Shown in pieces: positions 10,700-20,537 of a DNA stretch of 64,000 nt. The notes under the pieces were generated by a model. That model was not told the origin of the DNA. It did not search any database and saw only the letters and a list, made by a program, of their open reading frames with translations. Source of the DNA: Candidatus Bathyarchaeia archaeon. Lineage in GTDB: Archaea; Thermoproteota; Bathyarchaeia; Bathyarchaeales; Bathycorpusculaceae. Made by a program: the position numbers and the translations under genes. Position 1 is the stretch's first letter. Every line of letters begins with the position of its first letter. The stretch is from contig JAVZNC010000001.1 of NCBI GenBank assembly GCA_038882955.1, positions 192,001 to 256,000 of the forward strand. Direction: 5' to 3'.

Positions 10700-11016
10700 T
10701 GTCACTCACGTTTAAAAAGCCTAAAAAAACATGTAGTGACAGAAACTGCCCATTTCACGGCGACTTACCAGTAAGAGGACGAGTTTTAGAAGGCTATGTT
10801 GTAAGCGCAAAGATGGATAAGACTGTTATCGTGAAACGCGATTATTTGCATTATGTTCCAAAGTTCATGAGGTATGAGCGAAGGCACAGCCGCATTCCCT
10901 CACATAACCCGCCATGCATAGACGCGAAAGAGGGAGACCGCGTAATAATAGCCGAGTGCAGACCAGTAAGCAAGACGGTCTCTTTCGTTGTTGTTGAAAA
11001 GTTGGAGGGAAAGTAG
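10693..11016 (+). CDS. rps17: 30S ribosomal protein S17
   Basis: CPFHG, AECRPVSKT. Confidence 0.96.
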   Translation: MVMSLTFKKPKKTCSDRNCPFHGDLPVRGRVLEGYVVSAKMDKTVIVKRDYLHYVPKFMRYERRHSRIPSHNPPCIDAKEGDRVIIAECRPVSKTVSFVVVEKLEGK

Positions 11017-11017
11017 G

Positions 11018-11458
11018 ATGGCGGCGAAGGCAAAACAACGCGCACTTGTCGCAAAGGGGATGCTTGGACACGGACCGAAAATATCACGTGGATTGCCAAT
11101 GGGTTCGATACTGCGATGTGCGGACAATACTGGTGCAAGAGAATTACGCCTAGTCCAAGTAATGGGCTACAAGGGAAGGTTGCGCCGCTATCCATCAGCA
11201 GCAGTGGGCGACAGAATAACTGTTTCCGTTAGGCATGGAACACCAGACATGAGAAAGAAAATCTTCCAAGCAGTCGTTGTTAGACAAAGAAAACCGTTCA
11301 GAAGAGCAGAAGGCGTCTGGGTTCAATTTGAAGACAATGCCGCAGTGATAATAACTCCAGACGGAGAAATGAAAGGTTCCGAAATCCGCGGTCCAGTGGC
11401 AAGAGAAGCTGCAGAAAGGTGGCCGAGGATTGCAAGCGCCGCGACAATAATAGTGTAG
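11018..11458 (+). CDS. rpl14: 50S ribosomal protein L14
   Basis: CADNTGA, FEDNAAV, GPVAREAAERWPRI. Confidence 0.97.
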   Translation: MAAKAKQRALVAKGMLGHGPKISRGLPMGSILRCADNTGARELRLVQVMGYKGRLRRYPSAAVGDRITVSVRHGTPDMRKKIFQAVVVRQRKPFRRAEGVWVQFEDNAAVIITPDGEMKGSEIRGPVAREAAERWPRIASAATIIV

Positions 11459-11465
11459 GTGAAAA

Positions 11466-12098
11466 ATGATGCAAACAACAAAAACTATGCCGAGCAAACC
11501 CTCAAAACAGCGAAAAATGATTTTTAAAGCGCCAGACCACATACGCCAGAAACTCTTCGCAGCCCCACTCTCACCAGAACTAAGGACAACCCACAAAGTT
11601 AAAAATCTACCAGTTAGAAGCGGAGACACGATCCGCATAATGAGAGGAGACCATAAAGGATTTGAAGGAAAAGTAACACGCATTGACAGAAACAAGTACA
11701 GGATTTATGTGGAAGGCTTGACACGCGAGAAAGTTGATGGAACAACAATCTTTGTTCCAATACATCCATCAAAAGTTATGATAACAAAACTAAACCTAGA
11801 CGACAAATGGCGCAAACAAATCTTGGAAAGAAGAAAGGGCGTATCGGCAAAGGTTGAAGAAATCGTGGAAAAGCCTCCTGAAAAAATTGTGGAAGAAATT
11901 GTAGAGCCAGAAAAAGAGGCTGTTGCAGAAAAACTGCTTGAAAAACCTAAACCAAAGCGCAGAAAAAGAGTTTCAAAGAAAACACCAGCGAAAAAAGCCG
12001 AAAAAGAAGCAGCAAAAGAAGAGGCGCCAAAAGAGAAAAAGCCAAGGAAAACTAGAACAAAGCGCAAATCTGCAAAGAAAACTGAAGGAGAAACGTGA
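11466..12098 (+). CDS. rpl24: 50S ribosomal protein L24 with long Lys/Glu-rich C-terminal extension
   Basis: KOW motif GDTIRIMRGDHKG, PIHPSKV. Confidence 0.95.
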   Translation: MMQTTKTMPSKPSKQRKMIFKAPDHIRQKLFAAPLSPELRTTHKVKNLPVRSGDTIRIMRGDHKGFEGKVTRIDRNKYRIYVEGLTREKVDGTTIFVPIHPSKVMITKLNLDDKWRKQILERRKGVSAKVEEIVEKPPEKIVEEIVEPEKEAVAEKLLEKPKPKRRKRVSKKTPAKKAEKEAAKEEAPKEKKPRKTRTKRKSAKKTEGET

Positions 12099-12100
12099 AC

Positions 12101-12868
12101 ATGGGAAGAAAAGGCGAGTCAAAAGGACTAAAACGCAAACCAGCTCCAAGATTTTGGCCTATTCACAGAAAAGAAAGCGTTTGGGTTGTGAAACCTTCTC
12201 CAGGACCGCATGCAACCGACAAAAGCTTGCCCTTAACCATAATCTTGCGTGACATGCTGGGGTTTGCCGAGACCAGAAAAGAGGCAAAAACAATAGTTGC
12301 CGATGGAAAAGTTTACGTTGACGGAAAAATCAGACGCGCAGACGATTTCCCAGTAGGCCCAATGGATGTTATATCAATACCAGAAGTCAACCAGCACTTC
12401 AGAATTTTGCCAGCGGAAAAAGGTTTAATTTTACACCCTATAAGCAAGGAGGAAACGACCTTCAAGCTCTGCAGAATCGAAAACAAAACCATCCTTAAAG
12501 GAGGACACGTGCAACTTCACCTTCATGACGGCTCAAACATTCAAATTAAAGTTGCAGATCCAAAAAATCCGCAAGAAGACGTTTACAAAACCTTCGACAC
12601 TCTAAAGATAAGTTTGCCAGACAAACAGATTCTCGAACACATAAAAATGAAGGAAGGAAGCTACGCCATAATTGCTGGCGGAAAAAACGTTGGAAAACAC
12701 GGCAAAATCGCTGAAATTGAAAAGGTTGAGAACAAGAAACGCAGAAACGCCCTAGTAACTATAGAAGCTGAAAATGGCGCAAAATACCAGACAATTCTAA
12801 ACTTCACCTTCGCACTGGGAGAAAACAAACCAATAATAACTCTTCCGGAGGTCACAGCGGTTGTCTGA
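12101..12868 (+). CDS. rps4e: 30S ribosomal protein S4e
   Basis: PSPGPH, FPVGPMDVI, CRIENKT. Confidence 0.96.
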   Translation: MGRKGESKGLKRKPAPRFWPIHRKESVWVVKPSPGPHATDKSLPLTIILRDMLGFAETRKEAKTIVADGKVYVDGKIRRADDFPVGPMDVISIPEVNQHFRILPAEKGLILHPISKEETTFKLCRIENKTILKGGHVQLHLHDGSNIQIKVADPKNPQEDVYKTFDTLKISLPDKQILEHIKMKEGSYAIIAGGKNVGKHGKIAEIEKVENKKRRNALVTIEAENGAKYQTILNFTFALGENKPIITLPEVTAVV

Positions 12869-13400
12869 AGATGAAATCCGCAAAATGTGGGAAACTCAAC
12901 CAATGCTTAAACCGAGAATAGATAAAGTTGCTGTAAATATCAGCGTTGGAAAATCCGGGGAACCCCTGGAAAAGGCAATGAAAGTTTTGAGAGAATTAAC
13001 TGGACAAACGCCATGCAAGAGGAAAGCAAAGAAAACCATAAGGGACTTCGGAATAAGAAGGGGCGAACCCATGGCATGCATGGTAACTCTAAGAAAACAG
13101 CGGGCAATAGAATTTTTGAAGAAGGTCTTGCCAGTGGTCGACAACAAAATTTCAAGGGAAAGTTTCGATACGCATGGCAACTTCACATTTGGCATAAAAG
13201 AACACATAGAAATTCCAGGAGTAAAATATGACCCAGAAATAGGAATATTCGGCATGGACATATGTGTCTCAATAGGACGCCCAGGATACCGAGTAAAAGA
13301 GCGTAGAATAGGAAAGGCGAAAGTGGGCTCAAAACACATCGTGCCGCCAGAGGAGGCCATGGTTTTCGTTAAAGATGCTCTTGGAGTTGAAATAGTATAA
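12861..13400 (+). CDS. rpl5: 50S ribosomal protein L5
   Basis: FGIKEHI, YDPEIGIFGMD. Confidence 0.97.
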   Translation: MSEDEIRKMWETQPMLKPRIDKVAVNISVGKSGEPLEKAMKVLRELTGQTPCKRKAKKTIRDFGIRRGEPMACMVTLRKQRAIEFLKKVLPVVDNKISRESFDTHGNFTFGIKEHIEIPGVKYDPEIGIFGMDICVSIGRPGYRVKERRIGKAKVGSKHIVPPEEAMVFVKDALGVEIV

Positions 13401-13415
13401 GTGAGGGGCGCTTAA

Positions 13416-13580
13416 ATGGGTAAAATAAAAACTAAAAAGGAAAGAAAATATGGCAAAGGGGCAAGGCCATGCAGCAGATGCGGGTCGTACGGACCTGTTA
13501 TTCGACGCTACAATTTATATTTGTGTAGGCACTGTTTTAGAGAAGTTGCAAAAAAACTTGGATTTAAAAAGTATGAGTGA
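13416..13580 (+). CDS. rps14: 30S ribosomal protein S14 (54 aa, not in ORF track)
   Basis: Manual translation [23 protein letters not shown]...[19 protein letters not shown]. Confidence 0.95.
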   Translation: MGKIKTKKERKYGKGARPCSRCGSYGPVIRRYNLYLCRHCFREVAKKLGFKKYE

Positions 13581-13594
13581 AAGAGGATATCGCA

Positions 13595-13978
13595 ATGGAC
13601 ACTGTGTCAAATGGCTTAACAGCAATATTGAATAATGAAGAACGCAATAAAAGGGAATGCGTCATTAGCCCAGCCTCTAAACTTTTGGGCAGAGTCCTGC
13701 GGATAATGCAGTTAAACGGGTATATTGGCGAGTTTGAATTTATAGATGATGGACGTTCTGGAAAGTTTAAGGTTCAGCTTTTAGGCAGAATAAACAAGTG
13801 TGGCGCCATAAGACCACGTTTTCCTGTTGGAATTGACGAGATAGAGGAGTGGGAGAAAAAGTTTCTTCCATCAAGAGATGTTGGAATACTTGTAATTTCA
13901 ACACCAAAGGGTGTCTTGTCCCACAAAGAGGCAAAGGAAAAACACATTGGAGGCAAACTGATAGCATTCGTCTATTAG
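13595..13978 (+). CDS. rps8: 30S ribosomal protein S8
   Basis: GYIGEFEFIDDGRSG, STPKGV. Confidence 0.96.
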   Translation: MDTVSNGLTAILNNEERNKRECVISPASKLLGRVLRIMQLNGYIGEFEFIDDGRSGKFKVQLLGRINKCGAIRPRFPVGIDEIEEWEKKFLPSRDVGILVISTPKGVLSHKEAKEKHIGGKLIAFVY

Positions 13979-13989
13979 GAGGCAGCTAA

Positions 13990-14538
13990 ATGCGGACAAT
14001 AGAAGTTTCTAGGACGATTCGCGTGCCAGAAGACGTTGAAGTTACATTGGAAGGAAAGAAGGTAACAGTTAAAGGTGCCAAGGGGACATTGACGCGAGAC
14101 TTTTCATACGCGCCAATATCAATTGAACTTAAAAATAGGGAAATTAACATTTGGGCTGAATGGCCAAGCAAAAAGGAGGCAGCCCTTGTAGGCACGATTT
14201 GCGCCCACATTCAAAACATGATTAAAGGCGTGCAAAAGGGTTTCACCTATAAACTCAAAATAGTTTTCTCCCACTTCCCAATATCAGTTAAAGTTAAGGA
14301 CAATCATGTTTTAATAGAAAACTTTACTGGTGAAAGAAACCCGAGAAGGGCAAAAATAATTGGAAACCCAAAAATCAAAATTCTAAGCGAAGACATCCTC
14401 ATTCAAGGTATAAATTTGGAAGATGTCAGCCAAACAGCAGCAAACATTGAACAAGCAACAAAAGTGAAAAAGAAGGACCCACGAGTCTTCCTAGATGGCA
14501 TATACGTTTACGAAAGAACCGAGGGAATGGAAGAGTGA
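13990..14538 (+). CDS. rpl6: 50S ribosomal protein L6
   Basis: SHFPI, KDPRVFLDGIYV. Confidence 0.97.
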   Translation: MRTIEVSRTIRVPEDVEVTLEGKKVTVKGAKGTLTRDFSYAPISIELKNREINIWAEWPSKKEAALVGTICAHIQNMIKGVQKGFTYKLKIVFSHFPISVKVKDNHVLIENFTGERNPRRAKIIGNPKIKILSEDILIQGINLEDVSQTAANIEQATKVKKKDPRVFLDGIYVYERTEGMEE

Positions 14539-15080
14539 AAAAACCAAAAGCACCTGCTGCCGAAAAAGCATTAGAGATTAGAAGACGAATAAAAGCCAAA
14601 AAACCAGAGTTCGTTAGGCAAGAAAGTTGGCGATACAAACGCTTGAAAGAAAACTGGCGAAGACCGAAGGGCATAGACAACAAAATGCGAAGAAAAATAA
14701 AGGGATGGCCGCAGACCGTGAACACTGGATATAGGGGACCGAAAGCAGCAAGGGGGCTCCACCCGTCTGGTTACCAGGAAATTCTCGTTTACAATGTTGA
14801 AGACCTTAGGAAGGTTGACCCTAAAACGCAAGCCATAAGAATTGCGCATAATGTTGGAAAGAAAAAGCGTGCCCAAATTCTCACTGAAGCAAGGAAAAAG
14901 CGGATAGTCATCTTGAACGTTAAGGAAGTTAAAGAAGCAAAAGAAGTTGCTGAGGAAGAGGAGGAAAAGGTAGAGGAAAAACTTGAAGAAAAAGAAGAGG
15001 AAGTAAAGGAAAAAGCGAGAAAGCGAAAACCAAGAAAAAGGAAGGTTGAAGGAGAACAGAAGGACAATGACGCAGCTTAA
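14535..15080 (+). CDS. rpl32e: 50S ribosomal protein L32e with charged C-terminal extension
   Basis: WRRPKGIDNKMR, RGLHPSG. Confidence 0.95.
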   Translation: MKKPKAPAAEKALEIRRRIKAKKPEFVRQESWRYKRLKENWRRPKGIDNKMRRKIKGWPQTVNTGYRGPKAARGLHPSGYQEILVYNVEDLRKVDPKTQAIRIAHNVGKKKRAQILTEARKKRIVILNVKEVKEAKEVAEEEEEKVEEKLEEKEEEVKEKARKRKPRKRKVEGEQKDNDAA

Positions 15081-15522
15081 AAGTCAAAGGCGACTAGCAG
15101 CAAAGATACTTAAGGTTGGCGAGAGCAGAGTCTGGATAAACCCAGAAAGAACTGATGACGTAGAAGCTGCAATAACAAGGGAAGAAATTAAGAAACTTAT
15201 CCACGAAGGCGTAATAAAGCCAATACCAGAAAAGGGGGTAAGCCGCGCAAGAGCACGAACCTTACATGAAAAAAAGAGACGAGGAAGGCGACGCGGCACA
15301 GGAAGCAGAAGCGGTGCAGCACACGCGAAAATTTCGAAGAAAGAGGCTTGGATGACTAAGATTAGGGCTTTAAGAAAGAGGCTCCGCGAGTTAAAGGCTA
15401 AGAAAATTATCACTGAAAGCGCTTATAGAAAGCTCTACACGATGGCAAGCAGCGGAAGATTCAGCTCCGTCTCTGACATGGAACGCTATCTGGAAGCTCA
15501 TGAACTGTGGAGGAAACGTTGA
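15067..15522 (+). CDS. rpl19e: 50S ribosomal protein L19e
   Basis: QRRLAAKILKVGESRVWINP. Confidence 0.96.
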   Translation: MTQLKSQRRLAAKILKVGESRVWINPERTDDVEAAITREEIKKLIHEGVIKPIPEKGVSRARARTLHEKKRRGRRRGTGSRSGAAHAKISKKEAWMTKIRALRKRLRELKAKKIITESAYRKLYTMASSGRFSSVSDMERYLEAHELWRKR

Positions 15523-16127
15523 TGGCGAAGGGCTCAAACTATTGCGTGCCATTCCGCCGCAGAAGAGAGGGAAAGACGGACTATAGGAAAAGGAAAGCCT
15601 TAATAATTTCTGGTAAGCCGCGCCTTGTGGTTCGCCCATCCCTAAAAAATGTGACCGTACAAGTTATTGTGGCTGAACCAGAAGGCGACAAAGTTTTAGT
15701 TTCAGCACACAGCAAAGAATTGGAAGACTTCGGGTGGAAGGCCCCTAAGGGAAACATTCCCGCAGCCTACTTGACTGGTCTTCTCTGCGGGTTAAGGGCG
15801 AAATCAGAGAATGTGGATGAGGCAAATTTGGACATAGGGCTACATTCACCCTCAAAGGGTGCAAGGGTTTTCGCTGCCCTTAAGGGATTTTTAGACGCTA
15901 AAGTTGAGGCCCCGCACAGCGAGGAAAAACTGCCAGACGAGAAAAGAATAAGCGGCGAGCACATCGCTGAATACGCGAAAATTTTAGCCTCAAACCCAGA
16001 AAATTATCAGTCAAGATTCTCGCACTATTTAAGAAATGAGGTTCAACCCGAAAACATCGTGAAACATTTTGCCCAAGTTAAGGCAAGCATTTTAGCAGCA
16101 TTTAAGGGCGGAGGCAAAAAGAAATGA
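15522..16127 (+). CDS. rpl18: 50S ribosomal protein L18
   Basis: FRRRREGKTDY, AAYLTGLL. Confidence 0.96.
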   Translation: MAKGSNYCVPFRRRREGKTDYRKRKALIISGKPRLVVRPSLKNVTVQVIVAEPEGDKVLVSAHSKELEDFGWKAPKGNIPAAYLTGLLCGLRAKSENVDEANLDIGLHSPSKGARVFAALKGFLDAKVEAPHSEEKLPDEKRISGEHIAEYAKILASNPENYQSRFSHYLRNEVQPENIVKHFAQVKASILAAFKGGGKKK

Positions 16128-16774
16128 TGGCTAGAAAAGAGGAAAGAGGAAGATCTGAAGCACTGGAACAGTGGGTTCCCAAAACCCGCCTTGGAAAAAT
16201 GATTCAAGAGGGAAGAATAACATCAATCGAAGAGGTTTTTGCGGGTGGTTACCAGATACGCGAGCCCCAAATTGTTGATGTTCTACTTCCAGAGTTGGAG
16301 GAGGAAGTCATAAACATAAACCTTGTTCAGAAACAAACGGACGCTGGCGAAAAGTCAAGGTTTAAAGCCATAGTCGCTGTTGGAAATAGGGACGGTTACA
16401 TAGGTTTAGGAGCGGGGAAGGCAAGTCAAGTGCGAACAGCCATTGAAAAGGCTGCGGCTGAAGCCCGCTTAAACATAACACCAGTAAGAAGGGGTTGCGG
16501 AAGCTGGGAGTGCGGCTGCGGAAAACCACATTCAGTGCCATTCCAAGTTGACGGAAAATGCGGCGGCGTAAAAATTGTAATCGTTCCAGGTCCAAGGGGA
16601 TTGGGTCTTGTTGCAAGCGAAGTTTCAAAGGTAATTTTGGGTTTAGCGGGAATAAAGGATTGTTGGACTAGAAGTTACGGTTCAACGAGAACCGTTCCCT
16701 CTTTTGCTTATGCCGTTTTTGACGCTTTGAAGAGAACGTACGGTATGATAACACCGATGGATTGGGTGAAATAG
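16124..16774 (+). CDS. rps5: 30S ribosomal protein S5
   Basis: WVPKTRLG, RRGCGSWEC. Confidence 0.97.
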   Translation: MMARKEERGRSEALEQWVPKTRLGKMIQEGRITSIEEVFAGGYQIREPQIVDVLLPELEEEVININLVQKQTDAGEKSRFKAIVAVGNRDGYIGLGAGKASQVRTAIEKAAAEARLNITPVRRGCGSWECGCGKPHSVPFQVDGKCGGVKIVIVPGPRGLGLVASEVSKVILGLAGIKDCWTRSYGSTRTVPSFAYAVFDALKRTYGMITPMDWVK

Positions 16775-17263
16775 GTGGCTGAAAAAGCAGAAGAGCACAA
16801 ATGCATAATCGCAGTGAGGGTGCGCGGAACAATCAGCGCCCCGCTGGAAGTACGGGAGACCCTAAAAATGCTCCGCTTGACAAGAAATAACTATGCTGTA
16901 TTAATTGATAATCGCCCCTCATTTGTTGGCATGCTGAAAACGGCGCAGAACTTTATAACATGGGGAGAAGCCTCCAAAGAGACGATAACAGCGCTGATAA
17001 AGAAGCGTGGAAAGCTTGTCGGCAGCAAGAAGTTGACTGACGAGTATGCACAGAATTTGGGCTATAAGTCGCTTGAAGAGCTTGCAGAAGTCGTCTTAAA
17101 TTGCAAGGTTGAATATTGGAAGCTGCCGAAAATTCAGCCTGTTTTTAGGCTTCACCCGCCCACAAAGGGTTTCAAGGGAAAAATAAAGAAAGGTTATAGT
17201 GTTGGCGGTGAGCTTGGATATCGTGGGGAAAAAATCAACGAGTTAATCAAGCGAATGATATAG
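16775..17263 (+). CDS. rpl30: 50S ribosomal protein L30
   Basis: FRLHPP, GELGYRG. Confidence 0.96.
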   Translation: MAEKAEEHKCIIAVRVRGTISAPLEVRETLKMLRLTRNNYAVLIDNRPSFVGMLKTAQNFITWGEASKETITALIKKRGKLVGSKKLTDEYAQNLGYKSLEELAEVVLNCKVEYWKLPKIQPVFRLHPPTKGFKGKIKKGYSVGGELGYRGEKINELIKRMI

Positions 17264-17345
17264 TCCATATTCGTTTTAACATTTTCTTTTGCGATACATT
17301 TTATAGTAACTTCTGGAATGCCATTGTATCCTAGAGGAGAAAACG

Positions 17346-17810
17346 TTGAGCGCGAAGTGGCGGAGAAACAAGAAAAATTCGAAGTGGCTAAAATCCTTTA
17401 GGGAAGATAAAGATTTTACTGACATTAAAAGGCACATGAATGTGAGGAAGATTAAAACGCACAAGAAAACACACGCCTATAAAATCTCAATAAACTTGCA
17501 CAAAGCGAAAACGTGGAGAGAGCCGAAGCCCTTGGTCGATGTTTTTGAAGAAGAAGATGAAATAGTGGTTGTGGCGGGGCTTGCGGGTTTCTCCAGAGAA
17601 AATCTAAAGGTCACGGTGAAAGAGCAGCAGCTGATTGTTTCAGCAGAAGCTTTTGATAGGCGTTACCATAAAAGTTTAAATCTTCCTTCGCAAGTGATTC
17701 CAAACACTTTGCGCACAAAATATAAGAATGGTGTGCTTGAGGTACGCTTAAAGAAGGCTGCCGAAAAGAAGGTAATGGACAAAATAGCTGGTTTAGAGAA
17801 TGCCACATAA
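17346..17810 (+). CDS. Hsp20/alpha-crystallin family protein
   Basis: EPKPLVDVFEEEDEIVVVA, YKNGVLEVRL. Confidence 0.8.
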   Translation: MSAKWRRNKKNSKWLKSFREDKDFTDIKRHMNVRKIKTHKKTHAYKISINLHKAKTWREPKPLVDVFEEEDEIVVVAGLAGFSRENLKVTVKEQQLIVSAEAFDRRYHKSLNLPSQVIPNTLRTKYKNGVLEVRLKKAAEKKVMDKIAGLENAT

Positions 17811-18240
17811 GCTTAGGAAAACCAGAAAGAAACGCGGTTCAAGAACATGTGGCTACGGAAGAGTAGGACAGCATAGAAAAACTGGCTCTAAGGGATATCG
17901 CAAGGCTGGGAGACACAAGCACGGATGGAGCTACGTTATAAAATACGAGCCGGAATACTTTGGTAAAAAGGGGTTCACCTCGCCAAAAAGCCTCAGAAAA
18001 AAGGAGAAAGTCATAAACGTTGGAGAACTCGATGAAATAGCCGAAAAAATGGCGCAATCAAAGGATGAAGAAAAAATATTCATAGACTTAGAGAGTTTGG
18101 GTTACACTAAACTTTTGGGCTCTGGCAGGGTGACGAAACCACTTAAAGTGAAAATTGCAGCTTGTTCAAGCTCCGCGGCTGAAAAGATAAAAGAGGCTGG
18201 CGGAGAAATTATAACAGCAAGCGAAGAACAAGTGGAATAG
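17800..18240 (+). CDS. rpl15: 50S ribosomal protein L15
   Basis: RGSRTCGYG, FGKKGF, KLLGSG. Confidence 0.96.
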   Translation: MPHKLRKTRKKRGSRTCGYGRVGQHRKTGSKGYRKAGRHKHGWSYVIKYEPEYFGKKGFTSPKSLRKKEKVINVGELDEIAEKMAQSKDEEKIFIDLESLGYTKLLGSGRVTKPLKVKIAACSSSAAEKIKEAGGEIITASEEQVE

Positions 18241-18252
18241 GGCTGTTAAACA

Positions 18253-19686
18253 ATGGCTGGAAGATTCCTAAACGCATTCAAGCCAATTGCAAGAATTATA
18301 CCAGAAATTAAGGTTCCAGAAAGAAGAGTACGCTTCAACGAAAAGCTGTTCTGGACAGCGCTCGCGGCAATAATATACCTAGTAATGGCTGAAGTCCCAC
18401 TCTTCGGCGTCCAAAGTACAGCCCTAGGAGAACTTGCAGCATTAAGAATAATCTTCGCATCAAACCGCGGCACACTAGCAGAGTTAGGCATAGGTCCAAT
18501 AGTTACCGGCGGGCTAATACTGCAACTTTTGGCCGGCTCAGCAATGATAGAATGCGACATGTCAAAACCAGAGGACAGACAAATGTTTACAATCGCAAGC
18601 AAAGTGTTCGCAATAGTATTAACTGGCGTCCAAGCATCAGCCTACATAATTGGCGGGATGTACGGCACATTACAACCATCAATGGCTATAATAGTGTTCC
18701 TACAACTTTTAGCGGCTGGAATCATAATCTTACTCCTAGATGAACTCATACAAAAGGGCTGGGGCTTCGGCAGCGGAATAAGCCTATTCATATTGGCAGG
18801 CGTTGCACAACGCATATTCTGGGACTGCTTCGCTGTAACAGCGCCGGTAGATGAATTTGGAAGCACAGGCTTTTTTGTAGCTTTATTCCAAACAATATCA
18901 AGCGGACAGCCCATAACTGGACTCTTGGTAAGGGGGCAGTACCCTTCAATGCTAGGTTTCATAGCAACAATCGCCGCCTTCCTAATTATAATCTACGCTG
19001 AAGGAGTAAGAGTGGAACTGCCACTTTCCTATGCGGGTTATAAGGGGTTCCGCAGCCGCTACCCAATAAAACTCCTTTATGTGTCAAACCTGCCAGTGAT
19101 ATTTGCTTCAGCGCTATTCGCAAACATATACTTCTTCTCACAACTTTTCTGGAGCTTCTACAACAGAAACAACGAAATATTCTGGTTCAACCTACTAGGC
19201 ACATTTTCACCAGTATATAACAGTGAAGGCACCCTAACTGGTTATAGACCTTCAGGCGGCTTAGTGTACTATGTAACTTCGCCTGGAAATTTTGCCACGG
19301 CTATGGAAGACCCAATAAGGACAATTGGTTATATAGCAATTCTGGTGGCTTTCTGTGTAGTTTTTTCGCTTACATGGCTTGAGGTTGGTGGGCTTGGCCC
19401 ATCCACTGTCGCCAAGCAGCTTGTTGACGCTGGCATGCAGATTCCAGGTTATAGGCGTTCTGAAAAGGCTGTGGAGTCAATCTTGAAACGCTACATTCCA
19501 ACAGTCACTGTTCTAGGCGGAATAATCGTTGGGTTGATTGCTGGAGCTTCAGACATATTCGGCGTTTTCGGTTCTGGAATAGGCATACTGCTTTCTGTTG
19601 GCATAATCTACCAGTACTACGAGATTTTGACACGTGAAAGAGTCTCGGAAATGTATCCAGCGTTTAGAAGAATATTCGGCGAATAA
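18253..19686 (+). CDS. secY: Preprotein translocase SecY
   Basis: LGIGPIVT, GSGISLFI, YPIKLLYVSN; about 10 TM. Confidence 0.98.
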   Translation: MAGRFLNAFKPIARIIPEIKVPERRVRFNEKLFWTALAAIIYLVMAEVPLFGVQSTALGELAALRIIFASNRGTLAELGIGPIVTGGLILQLLAGSAMIECDMSKPEDRQMFTIASKVFAIVLTGVQASAYIIGGMYGTLQPSMAIIVFLQLLAAGIIILLLDELIQKGWGFGSGISLFILAGVAQRIFWDCFAVTAPVDEFGSTGFFVALFQTISSGQPITGLLVRGQYPSMLGFIATIAAFLIIIYAEGVRVELPLSYAGYKGFRSRYPIKLLYVSNLPVIFASALFANIYFFSQLFWSFYNRNNEIFWFNLLGTFSPVYNSEGTLTGYRPSGGLVYYVTSPGNFATAMEDPIRTIGYIAILVAFCVVFSLTWLEVGGLGPSTVAKQLVDAGMQIPGYRRSEKAVESILKRYIPTVTVLGGIIVGLIAGASDIFGVFGSGIGILLSVGIIYQYYEILTRERVSEMYPAFRRIFGE

Positions 19687-19774
19687 CCATTTCGGCACGT
19701 TTTAAATTCGCAGTGTGCCAGCAATAATAGTTATTAGGCTGAAAGTAAAACAAAAAAGAAAAGGATGCTGCAAA

Positions 19775-20230
19775 ATGTCAGAAGCCCTAATTCCACAAGC
19801 CACACTCATTGTAATGCTAATATGCATGGCAATATCATTTACAAGCTCATCCATCAACCGCCTACTTATAGGCAGATTTGTCGGTTGGGAACAATATAGA
19901 CGAATGCAAAAAGAGATTGCAGAATACCGTTCCCAAACATCCATGGCGATACGCACCAAAGACAAGAAACTCCTTGAAAAATTGAAGAAAAAAGAACCCC
20001 AAATCTTGAGTATGCAAGCAAAAATGGCTAAACCACAGATGATTCTATTTGGATTCTCTTTCAGCTATATCTTCATTTGGTGGTTTGTGCTAATACCATT
20101 ATATGGAACGGAAACCTTAGCGTATATTCCAGGAATCATGCCAATTTCCGTAGTTTGGTGGTACTTCATCTGTTCATTCTTCTTCGGCACAATTTTTAAC
20201 AGGTTGTTGGGCATAATGCCAATAGAATAA
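19775..20230 (+). CDS. EMC3/TMCO1 (DUF106) membrane insertase family protein
   Basis: TM-coiled coil-TM-TM layout, WYFICS, position after secY. Confidence 0.85.
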   Translation: MSEALIPQATLIVMLICMAISFTSSSINRLLIGRFVGWEQYRRMQKEIAEYRSQTSMAIRTKDKKLLEKLKKKEPQILSMQAKMAKPQMILFGFSFSYIFIWWFVLIPLYGTETLAYIPGIMPISVVWWYFICSFFFGTIFNRLLGIMPIE

Positions 20231-20246
20231 GGAGGGCAGCGTCAAA

Positions 20247-20516
20247 ATGCCTCAACCTCACCTGCGAACAAGAAGCGAAAAACGATTAACAGTAGCACTG
20301 CCAGGCGGCAGAAACAAAACACATTACAAAAATGAGTTGACAACAACACCAACATGCGTCTTATGCAAAAAACCATTGGCAGGAATCCCACATCTAACAA
20401 CAGTTAAAATACGCAAACTCAACAGGACAAAAAGAAGAATATGGCGCCTACACGGCGGAAAAATATGCCACAACTGCCTAAAAAACGCCTTAAAACAAGC
20501 AGCAAGAGCAATTTAA
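20247..20516 (+). CDS. rpl34e: 50S ribosomal protein L34e
   Basis: PGG, CxxC...GGxxCxxC, position. Confidence 0.85.
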   Translation: MPQPHLRTRSEKRLTVALPGGRNKTHYKNELTTTPTCVLCKKPLAGIPHLTTVKIRKLNRTKRRIWRLHGGKICHNCLKNALKQAARAI

Positions 20517-20537
20517 GCGGCTTCGAGGCTAAAAAGG

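Noticed and set aside
13450-13635. 61-aa ORF in the track
   Set aside because: Shadow frame of rps14 (13416-13580)
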